A program made the position numbers and the translations under genes. Shown one piece after another: positions 49,770 through 62,395 of a DNA stretch of 64,000 nucleotides. Source of the stretch: Octopus sinensis (lineage: Eukaryota); the NCBI RefSeq assembly GCF_006345805.1, contig NC_043003.1, positions 71,362,001 through 71,426,000 on the forward strand, given 5' to 3'. The notes beneath the pieces are model-generated. The model worked only from the letters and a program-made list of their open reading frames with translations, searched no databases and was not told where the DNA came from. The first letter of the stretch is position 1, and each line of letters opens with the position of its first letter.

Positions 49770-52700
49770 CATGTTGAGAATCACAGCCTTAGACAGAAAT
49801 AATTACAGAGGTGTCAAATTGTTGGATCAAATGATGAAAGTTATAGAGAGGGTCATAGCCCAACTAATTAGAGAGAGAGTTAGTTTCGAAGAAATGCAGT
49901 TTGGGTTTGTGTCAGGGAGAAGCACCACTGATGCTATATTTCTGGTAAGGCAGTTGCAGGAGAAATATTTGGTCATTCTATAAATAATGTTTTTTTACAC
50001 TTCTTTTACTTTTCAAAATTAAGATAAAGTTCTTTTTTAGTCTAAAATATACTCTCCTTCATTTTCTACAATGCTCTTCCATCTTTCTTATAGACTTGCA
50101 AGGCCTCTCTTCCAAAATTCCCTTGTCTGTGATGAAAAATACTCCTCCAGTACTGTCCTCACCTACTCTACAGAATTCATATTTTTTCAGTTCAAATGAT
50201 TTTGAAGACTGTGGAATAAATGATAATCAGATGGGTCAATGTCCGATGAATATGGTGGGTAGGGCATCGTTTCCCATTCAAACTGCTCTAGCCTTTGGAA
50301 TGTCACCCTTGATGTATGTCTGTATGTGACTAAGCATTATACTAATGGAAGAACACCTTTTGTCTTGAAACCAAAGATGGTCATTTTTCTTCTAGCCCAA
50401 GCTGCTTGCAGTAGATCTCCTTTGTTATCATTTGGTTTGTGTTTAACAGTTCAAAGTGGACTAAACCTTTCATGTCCCACCAAATGTATTACAACACCTT
50501 ACATGGGGTACCAGTTTTTCTCCTTTCCCTACCCATTGTCTTTGGTGCTTGACATTTTTGTAGGGAACTCATTTCTCATCACCAGTCATTATTCAGTCCA
50601 AAAAAGGGTTTATTTGTGAGACGTGACAGCAAAGAAGAGCACATATTCATTTTCTGTACATGATTAGACTTGGAAAGTTTGTGAGGAATTCATTCACCCA
50701 ATTTGCTGACTTTTCTGATGGCACGCAGGTGTTAATGAATGGTGGGATGACCAAATCCAAGCTTCTCTGCTAGTTCCTCAACAGTTACGATGAGGTTTTG
50801 TTCCACCAGGGTTTGCAGGACATCTTTGTTGAGCTCTATAGATCTTCAAGGATGAGGCTTGTCTTCTAGGCTGTAGTTTCTGGTTTTGAATTTCTGGAAC
50901 CACCATTGAGACTGGTTTATACTTATTGTTTGATCCCCATAAGCTGCATCAATATTCCTTGCACTTTTCATTGCGTTGTTGCCTTTATTGAACTCATAAA
51001 GCAAAATATGCCGAATATGTCCCTTTGTCACTTCCATTATAGTTTTGAAAAAATAACTCTTAAAATCGAACTGCACTCTTCAAAACTTGCACTAAAAATA
51101 GAGACAAGGTAAAATTACTACCTGCTATAAATAGCAAGTTGATGCAGGTAGTTTATCTCATCCCACTCCAACTTTTAGTTCATGCAATTAAAAAGAACTG
51201 CATTATTTATGGGATGACCCAAAACATAGCCAAAGATAAAACTCAGTACTTGGCTTTTGTTGACTTGAAGAAAGCCTTTGACTGGGTCTCCCGATCCTTT
51301 ATCTGGTGATCAATGAGGAAACAAGGGATAGATGAGTGGTTGGTGATATCTGTACAAGCCATGTATAGTGACACTTTTAGTAAGGTGAGAATTGACAACG
51401 AGTACAGTAAAGAATTCAGGGTACAAGTAGGGGTTCATCAAAGATTAGTCCTCAGCCCCCTCTTCTTCATCATAGTCCTTCAGACAATAACAGAGGGATT
51501 CAAGACAGGCTTCACCTGGGAGCTCCTTTATGCTGATGACCTTGTTCTTTTAGCTGAATCACTACCAGAACTAGAGAAGAAGTTTCAGGTATGGAAGCAA
51601 AGTCTAGAATTGAAGGACCTTAGAATTAACCGAGCAAAAACTAAAGTTTTAGTGAATAGGAAGGCAGACAAATCACAAATCCCTTCAGGTAGATGGCACT
51701 GTTCAATGTGTAGAAAAGGCATAGGTAGAAACAACATAATATGTACCCAATGTAAGCTATGGATACATAAGAGGTGCAGCAATATCAAAGGAAGGTTAAC
51801 AGCGGAAGATGCACAGGTACAATAAACACTGAAAATGTACAGAAAATAGACTCCATCAACTGCAAGGGGTGTAAGCTAGAGGTAGTAGACAGGTTCTGTT
51901 ATCTAAGTGACGAAGTTAATAGCAGAGGTGGATGCTCTGAGAATGTAGCTGTGAGAATAAGAAAAGGCTGGGTAAAGTTCAGAGAGCTCCTACCTCTGCT
52001 GGCAACAAAGGGCCTCTCTCTCAGAGTGAAAGGCAGATTGTATGATGCCTGTGTGTGAACAATTATGCTACACGGTAGTGAAACATGGGTTATGACAGCC
52101 GAGGCCATGTGTAGGCTTGAAGGAAATGAAGCTTTGCTGGATGTGCAATGTTAGTGCGCTTGTACAACAGAGTGTAAGCATCTTGAGAGGAAAGTTAGAC
52201 ATAAGAAGCATTAGATGTGGTATGCAAGAGAGATGACTCTGCTGGTATGGTCATGTGATGCGCATCAAAAAGACAGCTGTGTAAAGAAGTGCTGATCTCT
52301 AACTGTGGAGGGAACACATGGTAGAGGTAGACTCAGGAAGACATGGGATGAGGTGGTGAAGCATGATCTTTGAACTTTGGGCCTCACAGAGGCAATAACT
52401 AGTGACTGAGACCTTTGGCAATATGCTGTACTTGAGAAGACCTGTCAAGCCAAGTAAAATCATAGTCGTAGCCAATGCTGGTGTCATGTAACTGGCATAT
52501 AAAAAGCACCTTCCAAGTGTTGGACCACATGGAGGCAAAATGGCTGATGCTGGTGGCACGTGAAAAGCTCCTTTTGAGTGTTGGGCCTCATGGAAATAAT
52601 AACAAATGACCAAGACCTTGGCATGATGTCATGCTTGATAAGACTCATCAAGCCAAGTAAAATTGCAGATACTGGTGTGATGCAAATGGCACCCATGCCA

Positions 52701-52780
52701 GTGGCACACAAAAGCATCCATTATACTCTCAGAGCAGTTGGTGTTAGGATAGGTATCCAGCTGTAGAAACCATGATGATG
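49770..52780 (+). mobile_element. RTE LINE: RT, PHD-like insert, 3' UTR and (GAT)n tail; split by a mariner
   Basis: NYRGVKLLDQ, QFGFVSGRSTTDAIF, QLQEKYL|AKDK..LAFVDLKKAFD, GVHQ..LSPLFF, LLYADDLVL, HGSETW; tail at ~52775. Confidence 0.92.
49968..51222 (-). mobile_element. mariner, full span (1255 bp), decayed, inserted at TA within the RTE ORF
   Basis: TIRs tttggtcattctataaataatg / cattatttatgggatgacccaa; HIRHILLYEF, TGDEK, WWDMKG and PYSSDIDPSDYHLF motifs. Confidence 0.9.
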
Positions 52781-52819
52781 AATTAATACATAATTATTTA
52801 ATTATGAAATTAAAATACA

Positions 52820-54700
52820 GAGGCTCCTACCTCTGCTGGCAACAAAGAGCCTCTCCCTCAGAGTGAAAGGCAGACTGTATGATGTCTGTGTGAGAACAGC
52901 TATGCTACATGGCAGTGAGACATGGGTTGTGACAGCTGAGGACATGCATAGGCTTGAAAGAAATGAAGCCAGTATGCTTCGCTGCTTGTGCAATGTCAGT
53001 GTGCATGTACAACAGAGTGTAATCATCTTGAGAGAAAAGAGGCATCAGATGTGGTAGTATACATGAGAGATGACTGTGCTTTCGGGTGCAGATAAATGGA
53101 GATCTCTACATGGAGATGAATTCCTGCTGTGGAATTCCCCAGGGGTTGGTGCTGGGGCCAATACTTTTCCTTCTCTATATCAATGACCTGCCAGATTTTC
53201 TTGATGGAAGAGTCCTCCTAGTTGCAGATGACATCAAACTTGTCTCACCTAGAAATCAATATGACATGCTCCAATCGTTGCTGAACCAAGCTTGGAATTG
53301 GGCGGAAGAATGGGATCTGCCCTTGAATGCCTCAAAATGCAGCCATTTGCCAATAGGTTCACCTCCAAATTCTCCCTTGACTATTGGCTTCAAACACCAA
53401 CATCTTAAGATGGTCACTGAAGAAAAGGATCTTGGCATAATGATCGATACTACTTTCAAACCAACATGGCAGTGTATCGAGGCAGGAAACAAAGCCTGAA
53501 GGAATCTTTTCCTCATCTGCCAGTCTTTTGTCAACCTTTCAATGGATGTTTTTCGGCCTTTATATGCGACTTTAGTTTGACTCATCCTCGAATATTGCAT
53601 CTGGGCCTCAAACCCCTATCTCCAGAAAGACATTCACACCAGGAATGGGTTCAGCACTTAGCCACCTGAATGGTTGTGGGCTTGTCTAAGCTTTACATAT
53701 GAGGAATATCTCCAATGGCTGGCATTACCTTCACTCAAATGACGGAGGATGCGTGGAAATCTCACTCTGGCTTCCAACATCTTCAATGGGAATGTAAACC
53801 CACCATTTGTGGAGTTTTTCACACCTCTGCTGGATAGAGGTCTTTGCGGGCATGATCACAAACTCTATCCCCGACACTTTTGACTTGATAGGCAGAAGGC
53901 TGCATTCTCCATCCATATTGCAGCCCCGTGGAACAAGCTACCACAAGATGTCATTCAACTGCCCACCACTCCCCTATTCAAAGAGGACAACTGTGGTGAC
54001 TATGCATAAAACTGTATATAACAACTTTTTTTTTTTACATGGCTTAAGCACATTGTGCTCTTCCCCTGCCAATAAATTTAATTTGATTTGATTTGATTCG
54101 ATATAGATGAGGAGAGCTGTGTAAAGAAGTGCTGATCTCTAACTGTGGAGGGAACCTGTAATAAAGGTAGACCCAGGAAAACATGGGACAAGGTGGTGAC
54201 CTTTGGGCATCATGGAGGCAATGACTACTGACCAAGACCTTTGGCAATATGCTCTGCTTGAGAAGACCCATCAAGCCAAGTGAAATCATAGTCATGGCCA
54301 ATGCTGGAGTCATGTAACGGCACATAAAAACACCTTTCTAGTATTGGGTTTCATAGAGCTAAGGCAGCATATGCTGGTGGCACATGAAAAGCACCTTTTT
54401 TGAGTGTTGGGCCATGTGGTGGCAATGACAAATGACCAAGATCTTTGGCATTATACTGTGCTTGAGAAGAAGACCCATCAAGCCAAATAAAACCAGTTAT
54501 GGCAGATACTAGCGTCACGCAAATGGCATTCGTGCCAGTGGCATGTAAAAGCACCCATTACAATCTCAGAGTGGTTGGCATTAGGAAGGGCATTCAGCTG
54601 TAGAAACCATATCCAATCAGACTTGTCAGCCCTGGTCAAACCATCCAATCCAGGCCAGTATGGACAACTCTTGTTAATGATGATGATGATGATGATGATA
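52820..54700 (+). mobile_element. Second 5'-truncated RTE copy, interrupted by a CR1
   Basis: LPLLATKSLSLRVKGRLYDVCVRTAMLHGSETW; resumes at ~54100 (gagctgtgtaaagaagtgc); ends in (GAT)n. Confidence 0.85.
53081..54098 (+). mobile_element. CR1-like LINE 3' fragment with (ATTTG)n tail
   Basis: GIPQGLVLGPILFLLYINDL, LVADDIKL, EKDLGIMID and PWNKLP with several stops. Confidence 0.88.
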
Positions 54701-54946
54701 ATATATATGTATGTATATCAGGCATTTCAATTTCTCCAGTTTTTATCTCATCTTTGCAGTTTTTCTCATTACCTTTGCACCATATACATGTGTGTGTATA
54801 TATATAGAGAGATAGATAGATAGATAGATAGATATAATAGGCAGAAAAGCTGCCTTCTGGGTGGTTTTTCCACAAGCCACATAATATTTTCATATTTGAT
54901 TCCCTATTTGAGTAATTTTTCTCATATTTTGTTTGCCTTCATATAT

Positions 54947-55637
54947 GTTAGTTAGTTAGTTAATTTGGCTCAAAAGCAAATAGCAAGGCCATGTAGGGGG
55001 ACATGGAGTTAAGTACAGGGTGGTGTTCATGTAAAGAGTTCAGGCCACTTGAGGTCAAGGGAGGCTTTGAACAAAGCGGTCATCGGCATCTTCACCATCT
55101 CGTCTGGCAGCTTGTTCCACGGATCCGCAACCCGGACGGAGAAAGCTCCTCTCCTTCGATTGAGATGAAATCGTCGCAGGTAGATCTTTTCGGAATGACC
55201 CCGCAGCCGACGCTCTGGAGCAGGAGTGAAGAACAGCTCTTTCGAGAGGTTACACTTTTCGATTATGATGTTGTGGGCGAGAATGAGATCACCACGGTGG
55301 CGGCGTTTTTCTAGAGAATAAAGGTCGAGCGTCGTCAGCCTTTCTTCATAGGACAAATTTTTAAGACCATGAACCATGCGGGTAGCCAGCTTCTGGACTC
55401 TTTCGAGATGCTGTATGTCTTTGAGGAGATAAGGAGAAGAGGCTTGAATCCCGTACTCCAATATGGGTCTCACCAGCGTGACATAGAGTGGTAGGAATAT
55501 GGCTGCTGTGAGCATTCCGAATGACCGTCGAATCAAGAACAGAATTCCACGTGCTTTGTTGGCAGCATGGACGCACTGGGCCGAAGGCGAAAAGGAGGAA
55601 TCCACCAAGATACCCAGGTCCTTTACCTGATCGGTAA
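54947..55637 (-). mobile_element. Young CR1-like LINE 3' fragment with (AACT)n tail
   Basis: Uninterrupted ~200-codon frame (KDLGILVDSSFSPS...LVRPILEYG...LERVQKLATRMV...PWNKLP); CpG-rich. Confidence 0.9.
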
Positions 55638-55670
55638 ACGATGTTAAACGATGATGATGATGATGATAAT

Positions 55671-56486
55671 GATTTTATCTCTCTTTTAAACAGACTTCAA
55701 GTTAGCCCAACTACATGGTTGTTTAGCAAGCTAGAAATAGCAGGGATTATGTGGATATATTCAAAGGACATATCAAACAACTGTATGAATAAATTTACCT
55801 CTGATTTCTTTTTTCAAATTATGCCAATATCTATCAAAAATTTAATTTTAATGAAAACTCTTTAACAAATTCTAGAAGCACAGTTTTCTGCAAGTCACTA
55901 AATAATACATCTAATTTTCCTTTGTATCCTTTATTTATCTTGTAAACATAAATATTTCTTTCATTATTTTCTGAAGTGCCGCCCCGACTGGTCTTCATGC
56001 CAGTGGAACGTAAAAAGCACCATCCGATTGTGGCCGTTGCCAGCCTCATCTAGCACCTGTGCCGGTGGCACGTAAAAAGGACCCACTACACTCACGGAGT
56101 GGTTGGCGTTAGGAACGGCATCCAGCTGTAGAAACACTGCCAGATCAGACTGAGCCTGGTGCAACCTTCTGGCTTCCCAGACCCCAGTTGAACCATCCAA
56201 CCCATGCTAGCATGGAAAGCGGATGTTAAATGATAATGATGATGATGATGATTTTATCTCTCTTTTAAACAGACTTCATGTTAGCCCAACTACATGGTTG
56301 TTTAGCAAGCTAGAAATAGCTGGGATTATGTGGGTATATTCAAAGGGCATATCAAACAACTGTATGAATAAATTTACCTCTGATTTCTTTTTTTAAATTA
56401 TGCCAATATCTATCAAAAATTTAATTTTAATGAAAACTCTTTAACAAATTCTAGAAGCACAGTTTTCTGCAAGTCACTAAATAATA
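55671..56486 (+). repeat. 237-bp direct duplication (55671-55907 and 56250-56486)
   Basis: Five substitutions by my count; each copy directly follows an RTE (GAT)n tail. Confidence 0.9.
55975..56250 (+). mobile_element. RTE-type 3' tail element
   Basis: ggttggcgttaggaacggcatccagctgtagaaacac...ggatgttaaa(TGA)n. Confidence 0.85.
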
Positions 56487-56804
56487 TTCCCATTTTGTGT
56501 ACTTTTTCTGATATGTTTAATTTCCCTTTGTATCCTTTATTAATCTAATACCACTCAATAAATAAATTTACAATAATTGCTAGCATTTAAAAAAACATCA
56601 AAATTTATGAAGAAATCAGGTATAACCATGTCTTAGTTGTGTAAAAGTCCTCAATTTATTTTATATATACATATCATCAGATTTTATGACAATGAACTGG
56701 AATGTAACATTTAGCATGTATTGGAAAAAATCATATTGGAAACTTTACTGCAGTTTTGAACTCATGTGACCATATAACATATTCTTTCCTCTGCATTACT
56801 TTTT

Positions 56805-56841
<37 letters not shown>

Positions 56842-57027
56842 AATGGCCTGTATAATCACACAATAGAATAAAGGTGGAAGGAAAACAGAGAGAGAGAGAA
56901 AGAGGGAAGGACAGCACTGCTAGGAAAGAAAATAAAAGGAATAGAGTCCAGGGAAAAGATAAAAGTTGTAGATTGAACTGAAAAATTCTAATATGGAAAC
57001 AAATAGCACTGCATTTATATTATATTT

Positions 57028-57256
57028 ATTTCTTTATTGCCCACAAGGGGGCTAAACATAGAGGGGACAAAGACAGACAAAGGGATTAAGTCGATTACAT
57101 AGACCCCCAGTGCATAACTGGTACTTATTTAATCAACCCTGAAAGGATGAAAGACAAAGTTGACCTCAGTGGAATTTGAACTCAGAATGTAATGGCAGAC
57201 GAAATACTGCTAAGCATTTTGCCTGGTGTGCTAACAATTCTGCCAGCTCGCCACCC
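57028..57256 (-). mobile_element. Deu/Nin-like SINE, monomer
   Basis: Colinear with 166-397. Confidence 0.85.
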
Positions 57257-60200
57257 TATGTATATATATATATTATGTATATTATATTATATGGCATGTA
57301 TATTATATTATACACACTTGTGTATAACTGAATGAAATTTTTATGTAAGTGATAGTAGCACCCTCACCAGACAACGGTTTGATAAGTTTGTCTCTTTCAT
57401 CTTCTCTTTTCACCTAACCTTAGAATTTTCTTCCACTGTATCTATCATCTTTGTTAATTTTCTTGTTTTCTCCAACATTATCAGCAAAATCCAACTCATT
57501 GTCCACTTCACACCTACAACTACTCTTCTCTCATCCCAAGTACACTAAATTTGCTATACCATTGTCTCACTTTCGTATTATTGATTTGGATTTTGAATCT
57601 CAGTGTGGAAGAATATGATATTTCTTCCTGAATTGAGGTACCTTCAATCAGTAGTGGACCCCACACTCCATTGAGCCTAAGACATCGATGGTGACATTGC
57701 TCTCATACTCTCTTTATGCACAAGCCAAATTCCACTCACCTACCTTCCTTCCATTGAGACTAACAACATTCATCTGCAGCTTCTGAATCCTATATTCTAA
57801 CCCCACAACTGGTCTGGACCTACCTGCATCACCTCTCATGGCCTTCAAAATAATAGGAACCAAGGCAACCCCTAATCAGAAGCTCTACAGCATCCAGTCA
57901 TAACAATCAGGTACATTTAATATCCATCCCTACATTAACAACACTACAACTGCCACAAAACCTAAAGCAGCATCACATGATCCAAATTTTCTGCTGAAAA
58001 TTTCCCAACCTCATATATTGCATCATCTGCAAACTTTGTGATGTTCTTAACCTCCAAAAGCACAGTCAAAGCATACTATTACATATGCCTGATCAATCTG
58101 TCACTACCAGTACATTACAGGTACCTTCTGTCTGGTACCTTCAAGCACCATGGCTCCACAAAGGAAATAGAAAAAGCATTTCATATTCAAACTCAGAACT
58201 ATGTCAGCAACAAATTTAATTGAACATTTTTCTCTTTTACACTTCCACCTCTCAGTTCAGTAACCCCATTCTTACCAGTCAGCTTTCCTCTCTCACCTAA
58301 GTTTTTTTCCTGCACATCACCCAAGCCTACATATTTTCTTCTTTTCTCAACTAGTTTCTCTCTCCTACTACTTCTTGTTCACATATGAAGTTCACATTGT
58401 CTTGTGTTCTCAACAGTTTCTCAAACATAAATGTAAAATTCTGTTTTATTTCTCTCTTGTCATCTTTACCCGAAAGAAGTACTCAGTCCAAAATGGTGGA
58501 TTCGCTACTTCCTACAACAATTTCACTGAATTCTTTCTGCTGCTTCATGTATGTGTGCACACACACACACACACACACACATACACGCACATGCACACAT
58601 TATATACATGTCACTTGCATATAAAAATGAGACAAAAAGTACTCAATATACGTTGTAGAGTTTATTAATTCATTCAAAGCTGAGGTATTACTCTTGTTAC
58701 TCTGAGTTTCTCCATTTCTTGCATGCTGCTTTAAAGAGCATCACGGAGAAGGGTAACTTGTGACACATTGAAGACTCAGTTGAGAACAAATGAATATCTA
58801 TCTATCTAACTATCTATCTATATTTCTATCTATCTATCTATCAATCTATCTACACACACACACACACACACATGTATGTATGTATACACACACACATATA
58901 CATGCATGCATACAGAGGATGTTTAGAAAAATTTAATGGTGTAAAATTTGTAATTTCACTGTTGAAAGTTAACAACAAATTGTTTCTAAAAATCATTTTA
59001 TATATTGCCAAAAGAAAATTTCATTTGAAACTGCAAATAATTATTAATAAATGCAATCTGTTGAAATTTGTGTTAAAAATATTGAATAATTAAAGTAATT
59101 AAAAGACAATCACAAATGAAGTATTTTCAGTTGGAGAAATGTTGAATCATTTGAAAGACAAAATAGAAAAGAAAATCTGACATAGCTGCCAAAAGTGGGA
59201 AATGTTAATTATACATTCGATGCATAAATCATAGAATGGACTTATTATTATATAGTGGAATTCAGAAAAACTGTTTCTAATGCAGTCAATTATATTGACC
59301 CCAGTATCTGACCGGGATTTATTTCACCAACCATGGAATGATAAAAGTTAATTTCATAGGATTAGAACTTAGAACATAAATGGACAGAATTAAAATTGCA
59401 AATCATTTTGACCATTGTTCCATTGATTCTGCCAAGTCGCTTGCTTTCTTAAAATGTGGAATGTTTAAGGAATTTGAAATGTATGTTTTTAAAAAATAAA
59501 GTTAGTTAAAATAGGCGAGACTGCATCTGTTACCTTTACAGAACATACTTTCCAGACAATTTGGTCAATGTCCATGGCTTTCCTGTAGATCAAAAGCAGC
59601 TGTAAAAACATGGACAGTAGTGGACTGTCTGGTTGGAACAAAATTATCTGGTGAAAAAATCCAAAGACCAAGTAGTGGTGTTAAGCAGGGTGACATATTA
59701 GTTCTGTCATTCATAGGATTTTAAATGTTATTAACATTTGCTTTCTTTCAGTGCAGCAGAAAAAAATGATTTTTGTTTCCTTTTTTTTGTATGTTTTTAT
59801 CAGCTTAAGTTTGTAAAGGCTCTGGTTGTTTATCTCAAAAACAAAAATAATGAAAAGCTACTAAATGAGATGGTTATCATACATAACAAGTTTTTTTTTT
59901 CATTCTATTAAGCTATAAATGAATCTACAAAACACTTCAGGTGATGTTTGGGGGTTTATTTATTTTTCTTAATGTTCATGTGAATAAGCAGGCTTTTGTT
60001 TTGGGTAAATACACTGGATGGAAGAATTTGCATTGAAGATGTTGGAGTGTGGAGTCTGCTACGTTAATATAACTGATTAGTGACAAAACCGCATGCACAT
60101 ATTTTTCACACTTGCACACAAGCACACAGATACATACACATACACATACACACATACACACACACACAAACACATACACACATCTGGGTTGTTCTACAAA

Positions 60201-60387
60201 TGAGAAAAAGAGCATTCCAAACAAACTGTAAAGCATATATATTTCTACCAAGCATGTGATTCACTACTTACAGCTAATTGTTCTGCATTGTTAATTAAGA
60301 AATGAATTTAAGAGGAAACTGAGTGAGAAACTATGTGCTAGAACACAGTGGGTCACAAGCTTCATTAAATATATACATATATATAAA

Positions 60388-60439
<52 letters not shown>

Positions 60440-60659
60440 TACAGTCTTTTATTTCTTTCTTAGTTTCAGCCAGAGGCTGTGGTTATGGGTACAACATATA
60501 AATATATATATATATAATTGTGTAACAAAGATGTACAGGTGTCAATTCTGACAATTCTTTGTTTTACAACATTGAAGAGTTACATCATCTCTTTTCAAAA
60601 TGCAATTCATGCCATTCATTATGGCTGTTTCAAGTGGTGCCTCAATGAATCTTAATTTT

Positions 60660-60673
60660 ATATATATATACAT

Positions 60674-60712
<39 letters not shown>

Positions 60713-60765
60713 CATATATATATACATATATATATACATATATACATATATATATACATATATAC

Positions 60766-60814
<49 letters not shown>

Positions 60815-60926
60815 TATATACATATATATATACATATATGTATATATACGTACGTATATGTATATGTATATATACGTATATGTATATATAAATACATATA
60901 TATATATTTATATGTATGTATATATG

Positions 60927-60976
<50 letters not shown>
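60660..60976. repeat. Compound (TA)n/(TACA)n microsatellite; other tracts at 3100-3142, 13483-13546 (GATA), 34608-34667, 46815-46880 (AAT/AAC) and 61395-61570
   Basis: Directly visible. Confidence 0.95.
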
Positions 60977-60980
<4 letters not shown>

Positions 60981-61230
60981 CAATTAAATTACCCCATCTA
61001 GAAAATTACATATAATAGAAATATTAAAATTAAAATAACAATAAAATACCACTGATTAAGTAAATTGCAAAAAAATAATAAAAACGTATATAATTGGTAT
61101 ATAATACATATATAATACGTTTTTATAATTTTATTATTTTTTTGCAATTTACTTAATCATTGGTATTTTAGTCTTATCTCAATATCTCTATTATATGTAA
61201 TTTTCTAGATGGTGTAATTTAATTGTTCAT
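60976..61230. repeat. 255-bp AT-rich fold-back (MITE-like)
   Basis: atgaacaattaaattaccccatctagaaaattacatataatag... / ...ctattatatgtaattttctagatggtgtaatttaattgttcat. Confidence 0.85.
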
Positions 61231-61257
61231 TTTGAATTGATAAAAGGTGATTCTTTC

Positions 61258-61301
<44 letters not shown>

Positions 61302-61413
61302 TATATTGTGTGAAATTTGATTTAGTATTTCTAAATTGAATTTTTTCCCTGTAAGTTAGGATTCATATTCCCTCAAATAATTATTACATACCTATATATA
61401 TATATATATATAT

Positions 61414-61496
<83 letters not shown>

Positions 61497-61821
61497 CATG
61501 TATATATTATACATATATATATACATATATATACATATACATATATATATATTTATATATATATACATTTTCACGAAATCGTCATCATTGTTATAGCTTG
61601 CATGGTCAGCCAGACATTGTTGAAGATTTTCAATGGCTGGGTGCCATTGCCAATTTCCAACTAAGGTAATAGTTCTTCATGACTGTATGTGTTTTCGTGG
61701 AAATTTGAAAATGAGTGATATTACTTATACAATGGCGATAATTTTTTACAACTAGCACATATGTAAAAAAAAGTGATGCAAAAACTCACACAAACATATA
61801 TGTACACAAATGGGTTAATTT

Positions 61822-61967
61822 ATTTCCATCAGCCAAATATATTCACAAGGTTTTTATTGGCCTAAGGCTATAGCTGAAGACACTTACCCAAAGCACTCTG
61901 CAGTGAGATTGAACTTGAAACCAGGTGGCTGGAAAGCAAACTTCTTAACCAGAAAGCCATGCCTGCA
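61822..61967 (-). mobile_element. CORE-type SINE, 5' fragment
   Basis: On minus: gcaggcatggct..ggttaagaagtttgcttt head, then ttgggtaagtgtcttc.gctatagcc core. Confidence 0.6.
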
Positions 61968-62094
61968 CACACACAAATACACATTTATATATATACACAC
62001 ACACACATACTCTTTTACTTATTTCAGTCATTTGACTGTGACCATGCTGGAGCACTGCCTTTAGTCGATCAAATCAATATATATTATATATACA

Positions 62095-62395
62095 CATGCC
62101 CTAATGGTTAGAGCAGCAGACTCGTGGTCAAGGGATCAGGGGTTCAAATCTCAGGACAGGCAATGTGTATGTTTTTGAGTGAAAACATCTAAGTTCCATG
62201 TGGCTCCAGCAGAAGGTAATGGTGAACTTCTACTGACTCTTTCACCCCAACTTTCTCTTATTCTTTCCTCCTGCATCTAATAGCTCACCTGCGACGGACC
62301 AGCGTCCCGTCCAGCTGGGAAACCTATATACCAATGAAACTGGGAAACCAGCCCTTATGAGCCCAGTATGGCTCAAGAAGGAACAAACAACAACA
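62095..62395 (+). mobile_element. tRNA-derived SINE with a V-SINE-like segment
   Basis: A box taatggttagagc, B box ggttcaaatc, cctgcgacggaccagcgtcccgtccag segment, (AAC)n tail. Confidence 0.6.

Noticed and set aside
57360-57950. Possible RTE 5'/endonuclease remnant (MNVVSLNGR); RT-like GVKQGD at ~59670 and LKVNLKNTFNSIR at ~42600
   Set aside because: Single short motifs in heavily decayed sequence; boundaries cannot be supported.
60542-61574. Long Ile/Tyr-rich ORFs; also His/Thr and Val/Cys ORFs at 606-909, 34397-34741, 58375-58668 and 59976-60251
   Set aside because: They are translations of (TA)n, (CA)n and (TG)n microsatellites.
62095-62170. tRNA-like sequence; also the heads at 38838 and 38070
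   Set aside because: A and B boxes are present, but there is no complete cloverleaf and each continues into a SINE body.
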